The notes below the pieces were generated by a model that was not told where the DNA came from, searched no databases, and saw only the letters and a program-made list of their open reading frames with translations. From the NCBI GenBank assembly GCA_963805085.1, contig CAWDTA010000003.1, positions 160,001 to 224,000 on the forward strand: a DNA stretch of 64,000 bases, written 5' to 3'. The DNA is from an uncultured Veillonellaceae bacterium. Lineage in GTDB: Bacteria > Bacillota > Negativicutes > JARBTT01. Each line of letters opens with the position of its first letter. The first letter of the stretch is position 1. Below, one piece after another: positions 31,036-40,600 of this stretch. Position numbers and translations under genes: made by a program.

Positions 31036-34000
31036 ATGATCAAGTTGGATAAAAATAATATTAAAGATATTTATCCTTTGTCCCCTATGCAGCAGGGTAT
31101 GTTGTTCCATGCTATAGTAGATGAAAACTCAAGGTCATATTTTCAACAAATAACCGTTACATTGGATGGAGATATAGACATAGGGGTATTTGAAGAAAGC
31201 TTTAATAATGTTATTAAAAAATATGATATTTTAAAAACCATGTTTATTTATAAAAGCGTTAAGGAGCCGGTACAGCTGGTTTTGAAGGATAGAAAAGCAA
31301 AAATTCATTTTGAAGATATATCAAAAATAGACGACAACGAGAAAATAGAATATATAGCGACATTTATGCAGAAAGATAAAGAAAGAGGTTTTAACTTATC
31401 AAAAGATATTCTTATTAGAATGGCAATATTTAAGAATGATGAAAAAATCCATAAATTAATATTAAGCTCTCAGCACATCATTATGGATGGTTGGTCTCTA
31501 GGGTTAGTATTAAATGCGATTTTTGAAAACTACATTAAGTTACAAAACAAACAACCTTTAAACATGCACGAAATAGCGCATTATAGTGACTTTATTAAAT
31601 GGCTTGAGCAACAAGATAAAGATGCAGGATTGCTGTATTGGCATAATTATTTGGCAGGATATGAACAAAAGGCAGAGATTCCATGTTGTACTGACAGAAT
31701 TAATGAAGGCAAAAGGTATATCCTGGGGCAAACAATATTCTCCATAAATAAATCCTTAACGAATAAACTTAACAGGCTGGCAAAAAAGAAGGGAATAACA
31801 TTAAATACAATATTCCAGATAGCATGGGGAATACTGCTCCAGAAATATAATTATACAGAAGATGTAGTTTTTGGTACGGTAGTGTCAGGAAGACCGCCGG
31901 AAATTGAAGGAATAGAAAGTATGGTGGGAATGCTTATGAACACCATACCAGTAAGGATGAATTTCGAACATAGTCGTACCTTCAATGAAATAATAAAACC
32001 GATACAAGATAGAGCCTTTGAATCTGCAAAATATGATTATTTACCTCTTGCGAAAATACAAGCAGGTACTGAATTAAAGAGAGATTTAATAAATCATGTA
32101 TTGATATATGAAAATATTCCTTTTGAAATAAAAAATAATGAAACAGAAAAAGGGACACAGTTTGATATTAAAGCATTCGAAATATCAGAGCAGACAAACT
32201 ATAATTTTAATGTTTATGTGATGAGTATCGCAGGCATAGAGATGACTATCAAATTTACCTATAACAACAATATATACGACGAATATCAAGTAAAAAAGAT
32301 AGAAGAACATTTCAAGAAGATACTGCAGCAAATAGCCGATAAGCCAGAAGAAAAAATATCATCAATCGAAATACTGTCTGATAGAGAAAAGGAACAAATA
32401 CTTGATGAATTTAATAATACAAGAGAATATTATCCGAAAGATAAAACAGTCTATCAACTTTTCGAGGATCAAGTAAAGAAAACGCCGGATAATGTAGCAG
32501 TAGTGTTTGAAGAAGATATACTTTCCTACAGACAATTAAATAATAGAGCCAACCAGCTTGCGAGGGTACTGCGAAAAAAAGGTGTGAAGTCAAATAGTAT
32601 AGTTGGCATTATGGTAGAAAGATCTCTGGAAATGATCGTAGGTATCATGGGTATATTAAAAGCAGGAGGCACATATTTACCTATAAGTCCTGACTATCCG
32701 GAAGAAAGAATATTGTATATGCTAGAGGATAGTAAAACTGACATCATCCTTACAGAGTCGAGCACGGCGCGTAGAATAGATTTTAAAGGCAAAAAATTTA
32801 ATTTAGACAATGAGGCGCTGAATAAAGAAAAAACTGAAGATTTAGAAATGGCAGATAGCACATCTGATTTAGCTTATATAATGTATACATCAGGAACAAC
32901 AGGAAAGCCAAAAGGAGTAATGATCCCTCATCAAGCATTGACGAATTTCCTCATTACCATGGGCAATAGACCTGGAATAAGTTCAAAAGATAAAATGCTA
33001 GCTGTAACAACATACTGTTTTGATATTGCTGGACTGGAATTATTCTTGCCTCTGATTAATGGTGCTCAATGCTGTATCTGTAGTACAGAAAAGACAAAAG
33101 ATGTGGAGAAGCTAAAACAAGAAATAAAAAGGGTAAAACCAACAATTATGCAAGCTACGCCGGTTACCTGGACAATGCTCTATCAGGCTGGATGGGAGAA
33201 TGAAGAAAAAACGAAAATCCTTTGTGGGGGCGAAGCACTTCCAGATAGATTAAAAAAATATTTTATTGATACCGGTAGTGATGTTTGGAATATGTTTGGT
33301 CCGACGGAGACAACTATTTGGTCGACTACTCAACAGATCAAAGAGAAAGAACCGATAAGTATTGGAAAGCCTATAGCAAATACGCAAATATATATACTGG
33401 ATAAGGATCTAAAACCTGCGCCGGTCGGTATTATGGGAGAATTATATATAGCAGGCGATGGGGTGGCTAGAGGGTATTTAAATAAACCAGAACTTACAGC
33501 AGAAAGATTCATTCAGAATCCTTTTAATGAAGAAACAAAACTCTATAAAACAGGCGATGTAGCCCGTTGGCTTTCCAATGGCAATATTGAGTTTATAGGA
33601 CGCATTGATCATCAAGTAAAGATACGAGGGTTCCGTATTGAATTGGGTGAAATTGAAAGCCAACTTAACAAGCATCAAGAGATAAAAGATAGTGTTGTAG
33701 TTGTGAAGGAACATGCAGGAATTAAACAGCTTGTAGCCTATTTTGTTCGAACCTATAATGATTGTAAGAACGAAGGCGAGGATAGGGCATTACTAGATGC
33801 ACAAATATTGCGTGACTATTTGCAAATGACTCTGCCTAACTATATGATTCCTGGAATGTTCGTGGAACTTGAAGCTATTCCCTTAACTTCCAATGAAAAG
33901 ATAGACAGAAAAGAATTAATGAGTCGAAAAATTGTGTTTACCGGGACTAAAAAAGAATCCCTTCCAAAATCAGCAATTGAAGAAAAAGTTTTAGAAATTT

Positions 34001-37000
34001 GGAAGGAAGTTCTTAATAGCGACGACATCAGTACAGAAGATGGGTTTTTTGAAGTGGGAGGAGACTCTTTTTCAGCAGTAAGTGTATCGGAAAAGATCAA
34101 GAATAATCTTAATTGCGATTTTAATGTAACGACATTATTTAAGTACTCCAATATTAAAGAAATCAGTAGATATATTACAGAAGTTAAAGAAAAAATTGCT
34201 GAATCTGCTGTAGAATCGAATGCGGGAACTGTCTTTGATGATTCCCATAAGGAGTCAATGTCTTTGAAAAAGGATGTAGAAGCACAAGTAATCCCTGATT
34301 ATTATGAAGAAAGTTTAGCCATTGTCGGCATTTCCTGTCAAGTCCCGGGAGCAAAAAACCATTATGAATTTTGGGGAAATTTAAGACAAGGTAAAGAAAG
34401 CACTAAATTTTTCACGAAAGAAGAACTTTACGCTTTTAGCCTGCCAGAAGAAATTGTTGAGAACCCTGACTATATTCCTGTGCAATCAGCAATAGAAGGA
34501 AAAGATCTGTTTGATCCGGGCTTCTTCAATATATCTCCCCGGGAAGTGGTATTAATGGATCCTCAAATGAGGAGCTTGCTGATTCATTCATGGAAAGCTC
34601 TGGAGGATGCGGGGTATGTTCCCGGACAGATTCCTGATACAAGTGTGTTTATGTCTGCAAGCAATAATTTTTATCAAGCATCAGCAATGACTCCTGCAAC
34701 ATTTCAAGTAACAAGAAATGTAAATGAATACATGGCTTGGATTTTGGGACAAGGCGGTACCATTCCCACCATGATTTCTTATAAACTAGGTTTAAAAGGA
34801 CCTAGTTTCTTTGTACATTCCAATTGTTCCTCAGCTTTAGCCGGATTATACTCAGCTTACCATAGTCTAATGTCGGGGGAAGTAAAGCATGCGCTGGTTG
34901 GAGCAGCCACCATATCGGCTGCGTCCAGCTTGGGGTATGTGCATCAACACGGATTGAATTTTTCCAGTGATGGACACATAAAAACCTTTGATGCTTCCGC
35001 CGATGGGATGATAGGAGGTGAAGGGGTTGCCGTTCTTCTACTTAAAAGAGCAGATGATGCAGTTAAAGATGGAGACCATATTTATGCTATTCTCAGAGGA
35101 ATTGGTATAAACAATGACGGGGCAGATAAAGTAGGCTTTTATGCTCCTAGTGTTAAAGGCCAGGTTGAGGTAATTGAAAAGGTATTGGATTCCAAAAAAA
35201 TTAATCCCGAATCAATTGGCTATGTTGAGGCTCATGGTACTGGAACAACAATAGGAGACTCTATAGAATTCGCTGCATTGAATGAAGTTTATCGAAAATA
35301 TACAACCCAAAAGCAATTTTGTGGACTGGGATCTGTTAAACCAAATATAGGACATTTAGACACTGCTTCAGGTTTGGCTGGATGTATCAAAGTTGCAATG
35401 ATTTTACAAAATAATGAAATTCCGCCATCAATAAATTATAGAGAACCAAATCCTATTTTTGAGTTAGATAAGTCACCATTTTATATTGTTAATAGACTTA
35501 AAAAATGGGAACAAAATACAGTTCCACATAGAGCAGCACTCAGCTCATTTGGCGTTGGTGGAACCAATACCCATGTAATCTTTGAACAATATCCGGTTGC
35601 TAAAGCATCGCCAAATATTGACCTAGGATATGAACCCAATAGTGTAGCTATTATTCCCCTATCTGCAAAAAATAATGATCGCCTTAAAGCCTACGCCAAA
35701 AAACTATTAGATTTTCTAAACAGGAATCCGAAAAATAAATCTGATGTCAATTTAATTGACTTGGCCTATACCTTTCAGGTAGGTAGAGAAGCAATGGATA
35801 GCAGAGTAATCTTTATTGTCAATAACATTGAAAAATTAACGGAAAATTTAAAAAGCTTCATCGATGGGAAAGAAGAAATCGAGGGGTGTTTCAGCGGCGA
35901 AAGAAAAGACGTACAAGATACTGCTAAATTATTGAAATTTGATGAAGATCCCAAAGAATTAATTGACAATTGGTTTGCAAAAGGAAATGTAGAAAAACTA
36001 GGTGAGCTTTGGGTTAATGGTCTGAATTTTGATTGGAATAAGCTATATGGCGATAATAAACCCCGCCGAATCAGCTTACCTACATATCCATTTACCGGTA
36101 GGCGCTACTGGATAACGGCAATAAATGCAGATGTTAACAATAAAATCAGAACTAAATCAATCGTTTCTACGATATCTGACAAACCAAACAGTATTTCTTT
36201 ACAATCTTTATCAAGTGATAAAATAAGTAAATCAGCTGAGCAAGTTGAGCCATCAGTTGCACTAGCGTCGACAAGTACTTTACGAGTACAACCAGAAAAC
36301 AGTTCCAAACCGGTGAGTTATAATCAAACAGCTAATATGGCGGAATCATTGCTAGAAACGCAATATGTAACGCAAAGTTCTGTTGAGCCAGCCGCCACTC
36401 CAGCACAGGTAAAGCAATCGCAGAGTTATATCTCAACAGAAACATTGCAGGAAGAGCTGACAACAAGTTTGGCAGAAGTTTTGTATATGGAACGGAATGA
36501 GGTCGATATTGACAAAAAATTCATTGATTTAGGTTTAGATTCGATTATCGGCGTAGAGTGGGTTAAGGTAATCAACAAACAATATGGCACAGCGATTCCG
36601 GCGACAAAAGTTTATGATTATCCTAGTATTCGCGAATTCACTGAATTCGTAGAATCAGAATTGAACAAACCAGGGGAGCAGTTGCTTAGCGATTCTTTGA
36701 CGACAGAGCAAGCAACGGAAAAAATCCAGATTCAAACCATTGAATTGCCGGCGACAGAAACAACAACTAGCAAGATGTCCACAGCTGAGCGAGTTGCCAC
36801 TCCAGCACAGGCAAAGCAATCGCAGAGTTATATCTCAACAGAAACATTGCAGGAAGAGCTGACAACGAGTTTGGCAGAAGTTTTGTATATGGAACGGAAT
36901 GAGGTCGATATTGACAAAAAATTCATTGATTTAGGTTTAGATTCGATTATCGGCGTAGAGTGGGTTAAGGTAATCAACAAACAATATGGCACAGCGATTC

Positions 37001-37578
37001 CGGCGACAAAAGTTTATGATTATCCTAGTATTCGAGAATTCACTGAATTCGTAGAAACAGAATTGAGCAAACCAGGGGAGCAGTTGCTTAGCGATTCTTT
37101 GACGCCAGATCAAGCAACGGAAAGAATCCAGATTCAAACCATTGAATTGCCGGCGACAGAAACAACAACTAGCAAGATGTCCACAGCTGAGCGAGTTGCC
37201 ACTCCAGCACAGGTAAAGCAATCGCAGAGTTATATCTCAACAGAAACATTGCAGGAAGAGCTGACAACAAGTTTGGCAGAAGTTTTGTATATGGAGCGGA
37301 ATGAGGTCGATATTAACAAAAAATTCATTGATTTAGGTTTAGATTCGATTATCGGCGTAGAGTGGGTTAAGGTAATCAACAAGCAATATGGCACAGCGAT
37401 TCCGGCGACAAAAGTTTATGATTATCCTAGTATTCGCGAATTCACTGAATTCGTAGAAACAGAATTGCATATTTCCACTCCAGCCATTTCCTTCGATGAA
37501 ATACTAAATCAAGTATATCAAGGAACTTTAGATGCTAAACTTGCTACTACCATCCTTCAACAGTTGAAGGAGAAATAA
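31036..37578 (+). CDS. hybrid NRPS-PKS: C-A(Gly)-T-KS-ACP-ACP-ACP (beta-branching ACPs)
   Basis: RBS GGGAGG; C begins DIYPLSPMQQGMLFH with motif QHIIMDG; A pocket DILQLGMI (Gly); T GGDSF; KS HSNCSS/HGTGT/GHLD typical of KS following an NRPS module; three ACPs GLDSIIGVEW carrying the Trp flag. Confidence 0.95.
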   Translation: MIKLDKNNIKDIYPLSPMQQGMLFHAIVDENSRSYFQQITVTLDGDIDIGVFEESFNNVIKKYDILKTMFIYKSVKEPVQLVLKDRKAKIHFEDISKIDDNEKIEYIATFMQKDKERGFNLSKDILIRMAIFKNDEKIHKLILSSQHIIMDGWSLGLVLNAIFENYIKLQNKQPLNMHEIAHYSDFIKWLEQQDKDAGLLYWHNYLAGYEQKAEIPCCTDRINEGKRYILGQTIFSINKSLTNKLNRLAKKKGITLNTIFQIAWGILLQKYNYTEDVVFGTVVSGRPPEIEGIESMVGMLMNTIPVRMNFEHSRTFNEIIKPIQDRAFESAKYDYLPLAKIQAGTELKRDLINHVLIYENIPFEIKNNETEKGTQFDIKAFEISEQTNYNFNVYVMSIAGIEMTIKFTYNNNIYDEYQVKKIEEHFKKILQQIADKPEEKISSIEILSDREKEQILDEFNNTREYYPKDKTVYQLFEDQVKKTPDNVAVVFEEDILSYRQLNNRANQLARVLRKKGVKSNSIVGIMVERSLEMIVGIMGILKAGGTYLPISPDYPEERILYMLEDSKTDIILTESSTARRIDFKGKKFNLDNEALNKEKTEDLEMADSTSDLAYIMYTSGTTGKPKGVMIPHQALTNFLITMGNRPGISSKDKMLAVTTYCFDIAGLELFLPLINGAQCCICSTEKTKDVEKLKQEIKRVKPTIMQATPVTWTMLYQAGWENEEKTKILCGGEALPDRLKKYFIDTGSDVWNMFGPTETTIWSTTQQIKEKEPISIGKPIANTQIYILDKDLKPAPVGIMGELYIAGDGVARGYLNKPELTAERFIQNPFNEETKLYKTGDVARWLSNGNIEFIGRIDHQVKIRGFRIELGEIESQLNKHQEIKDSVVVVKEHAGIKQLVAYFVRTYNDCKNEGEDRALLDAQILRDYLQMTLPNYMIPGMFVELEAIPLTSNEKIDRKELMSRKIVFTGTKKESLPKSAIEEKVLEIWKEVLNSDDISTEDGFFEVGGDSFSAVSVSEKIKNNLNCDFNVTTLFKYSNIKEISRYITEVKEKIAESAVESNAGTVFDDSHKESMSLKKDVEAQVIPDYYEESLAIVGISCQVPGAKNHYEFWGNLRQGKESTKFFTKEELYAFSLPEEIVENPDYIPVQSAIEGKDLFDPGFFNISPREVVLMDPQMRSLLIHSWKALEDAGYVPGQIPDTSVFMSASNNFYQASAMTPATFQVTRNVNEYMAWILGQGGTIPTMISYKLGLKGPSFFVHSNCSSALAGLYSAYHSLMSGEVKHALVGAATISAASSLGYVHQHGLNFSSDGHIKTFDASADGMIGGEGVAVLLLKRADDAVKDGDHIYAILRGIGINNDGADKVGFYAPSVKGQVEVIEKVLDSKKINPESIGYVEAHGTGTTIGDSIEFAALNEVYRKYTTQKQFCGLGSVKPNIGHLDTASGLAGCIKVAMILQNNEIPPSINYREPNPIFELDKSPFYIVNRLKKWEQNTVPHRAALSSFGVGGTNTHVIFEQYPVAKASPNIDLGYEPNSVAIIPLSAKNNDRLKAYAKKLLDFLNRNPKNKSDVNLIDLAYTFQVGREAMDSRVIFIVNNIEKLTENLKSFIDGKEEIEGCFSGERKDVQDTAKLLKFDEDPKELIDNWFAKGNVEKLGELWVNGLNFDWNKLYGDNKPRRISLPTYPFTGRRYWITAINADVNNKIRTKSIVSTISDKPNSISLQSLSSDKISKSAEQVEPSVALASTSTLRVQPENSSKPVSYNQTANMAESLLETQYVTQSSVEPAATPAQVKQSQSYISTETLQEELTTSLAEVLYMERNEVDIDKKFIDLGLDSIIGVEWVKVINKQYGTAIPATKVYDYPSIREFTEFVESELNKPGEQLLSDSLTTEQATEKIQIQTIELPATETTTSKMSTAERVATPAQAKQSQSYISTETLQEELTTSLAEVLYMERNEVDIDKKFIDLGLDSIIGVEWVKVINKQYGTAIPATKVYDYPSIREFTEFVETELSKPGEQLLSDSLTPDQATERIQIQTIELPATETTTSKMSTAERVATPAQVKQSQSYISTETLQEELTTSLAEVLYMERNEVDINKKFIDLGLDSIIGVEWVKVINKQYGTAIPATKVYDYPSIREFTEFVETELHISTPAISFDEILNQVYQGTLDAKLATTILQQLKEK
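36394..37466 (+). repeat. tandem repeat, 402-bp period, ~2.7 copies, encoding three ACPs
   Basis: gccactccagcacagg recurs at 36394, 36796 and 37198; the units are nearly identical in DNA. Confidence 0.95.
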
Positions 37579-37642
37579 AATATACACGGAGTATATTAGT
37601 AAAATCATCTACGTCAAGGATTTTCAAAGGAGGATTATTAAT

Positions 37643-40600
37643 ATGGATTATGAACAGATTTTACGTTCATTGCAAGCAAGGAAGATAAGTCCTGCAGATG
37701 CTAAAAAAGCATTAACATTACTAAATAAGGTACCTGAACAATCTTCAGTGATCCAGTCATCTGGAATATCTAATACACAAACTTTTTCCTTACAAGCGCC
37801 AAGTCAGAAAAAATTGCAATCAGTAACAAATAAAGATACAGCAAAAGAAATAGTAAATTTGTCACCGAAAAGAATAAATGTACCTAAAACGATTACTAAT
37901 CCTATTCCTCAAATTAATTCAGAAGCATCTGATTGTAAAGAAGCCATAGCCATTGTTGGAATGTCTGGCAGATATCCTGACGCAAATAATGTGAGTCAAT
38001 ATTGGGATAATTTACTTAATGCCAGAAATTCGATCAAAGAAATACCTAAATCTCGATGGGATGTAAGTCAGTATTATGACTCTCGACAATATCAGAAGGG
38101 GAAGGTATATTGCAAATGGCTTGGAATGTTAGATGATATAGAGTGTTTCGATCCATTGTTTTTTAATATTTCCCCGGCAGAAGCCGAAAGTATGGATCCG
38201 CAACATCGTCTTTTTTTGCAAGAAGGATATAGGGCATTTGAAGATGCTGGGTTTAATTGTCAGTCATTAAGTAAGAAAAATTGTGGTGTATATCTTGGGA
38301 TTATGAGTTGTGAATATAGCGCTGTGTTTGCGAAAAGTCAAGGGGGAGAAAATGTTGGCTCAACTGATCAAAGCTATTCTATAGCGGCGGCGCGTATTCC
38401 TTATTTTCTTAATCTTAAAGGGCCTGCAATACCGATTGATACAGCATGCTCCTCCTCTTTAGTGGCGACTCATTTAGCTTGCCAGGCATTATCAACCCAC
38501 GACATTGACATGGCATTAGTTGGCGGTGTAACTCTATACCTAATACCAGAGTCATATATCAGTATGTGTGCAGCTGGTATGCTGTCACCAGAGGGACAAT
38601 GTAAAGCCTTTGATAATGGCGCTAATGGCTTTGTTCCAGGCGAAGGTGTTGGCACATTGGTGTTAAAGAGATTAAAAGACGCTGAGGCCGATGGTGATCA
38701 TATTTATGGTGTTATCATTGGTTCAGGAATCAACCAGGATGGTAAAACAAATGGGATTACCGCTCCTAGTGCCAAGAGTCAAATGGAGTTGGTACGGAGT
38801 ATATACGATAAACACAAAATAAATCCTGAAAGCATCAGTTATGTAGAAATGCATGGAACGGGAACTAAATTAGGCGATCCTATTGAACTAGATGCATTGT
38901 CAACGGTTTTTAAAGAAAAAACAAATAAAAAGAATTTTTGTGCAATCGGTTCTGTTAAAAGCAATATTGGGCATACCTCTGCAGCAGCTGGTGTGGCAGG
39001 TATTCAAAAAGTATTAGCTTGTCTACAGCACAAAAAACTAGTGCCAACATTAAACTTTAAAGTGCCGAATGAACATTTTAATTTTAAAGAATCTCCGTTT
39101 TATGTCAATACTGAATCACGGGTCTGGGAGGCAGTAACAGGGATTCCGCGGCGTGCTTGTGTAAGTGCTTTTGGTTTTAGCGGGACGAACGCACATGTTG
39201 TCATTGAAGAATATCTTCCTCAAAATGCTGTTGCCAGCACACCGATTCCGATCAATACAAACAACCCGATATTATTTGTATTGTCTGCAAAAAGTAAAGA
39301 GCAATTAAAAGTCTATGCAAAGTGCATGAAGAACTGGATTGCATCACAGAAAGACCTAAACCTGACGGATATGGCTTATACCCTTCAAGCAGGCCGGGAA
39401 CCGATGGACTATCGCCTAGCGTTTTTGGCAGATTCGCAAGAGGCTTTGCTCAAAGCATTAACAGGCTTTATTGATAACAAGTCATTGGCAGGCGTTCTAA
39501 CTGATCAGATAAAAAGAGGTAAGGATGAAGTAACTGTCTTTGAAACGGATGAAGACGCCGTATCATTGCTGCAGACTTGGTTCCAAAAAAGAAGGTTTAA
39601 AAAAATAGCGCAGTTATGGGTAAAGGGATTGAACATAGATTGGAACCAACTCTACGGCGATATCAAGCCTCAACGTATCAGTATGCCTACGTATCCCTTT
39701 GCTAAGGAACGGTATTGGGTGACTGAGGGCAGCAGCCAGCCTGCAGGCAACACAGTAATAACCGCGAGACACGCGCCCTTCATTCATCCTCTGCTGCAAC
39801 AAAACACATCGGATTTTAATGAGCAGAGGTTTAGTTCGACCTTCACGGGGCAGGAGTTTTTTCTGACTGATCATGTGGTGCAGGGCCAGCGGGTGTTGCC
39901 CGGGGTTGCCTATCTTGAAATGGTTAGGGCGGCGGTGAAACAGGCAACAGGAGCCTCCTTAGAACAAGGACATACCAGAATTGAACTTAAAAATATAGTA
40001 TGGATCAGGCCTATTGTGGTAGGCAGTGAGCCGGTTAAAATTCACATTGGACTTTTTATAGAAGATAATGGAAAAATTGCCTATGAAATCTATAGTGAGT
40101 CTGTAGCTGACGACGCCGAGGTAGTACTACACAGCCAAGGCAGTGCGCTGCTATGTTCGACGGAAGAAGCTCCTTCCTTGGATCTTAAGGCATTAAAGAC
40201 CAAGTGCGGTCAAAGTAGTCTTTCGTCCGCTAAGTGCTACGAGATCTTTAAGGCGATAGGCATTGATTATGGTCCGGGGCACCAGGGAATTGAGATGGTA
40301 TATGCGGGCTCGGGTCAAGTATTGGCAAAACTTACTTTGCCTGCTTCATTAGCCGACACGCAGGAACAATTTATCCTGCATCCCAGTTTGCTAGATTCAG
40401 CCTTGCAGGCGTCCATCGGCTTTATGATGCTTGATAAAGATGCCAGCAGTGCAAGTTCTTTCAAGCCTGCTGTGCCCTTTGCACTTGATAGCCTTATAAT
40501 ATTTAGCAAATGCACTTCCGTCATGTGGGCTCTGATTAAGTATGGTGATAACAGCGCAAATGGAGACAAGGTGCAAAAATTTAATATCGATTTATGTGAC

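Noticed and set aside
31036-32400. C domain after Ser/Thr as a cyclisation (oxazoline) or dehydrating domain
   Set aside because: There is no DxxxxD Cy motif and no oxidase domain; the sequence looks DCL-like. Dehydration is not strictly excluded without a phylogeny.
36394-37466. Regular repeats as a possible CRISPR array or mobile element
   Set aside because: The period is 402 bp, in frame and ACP-coding, with no unique spacers, cas genes or transposase.
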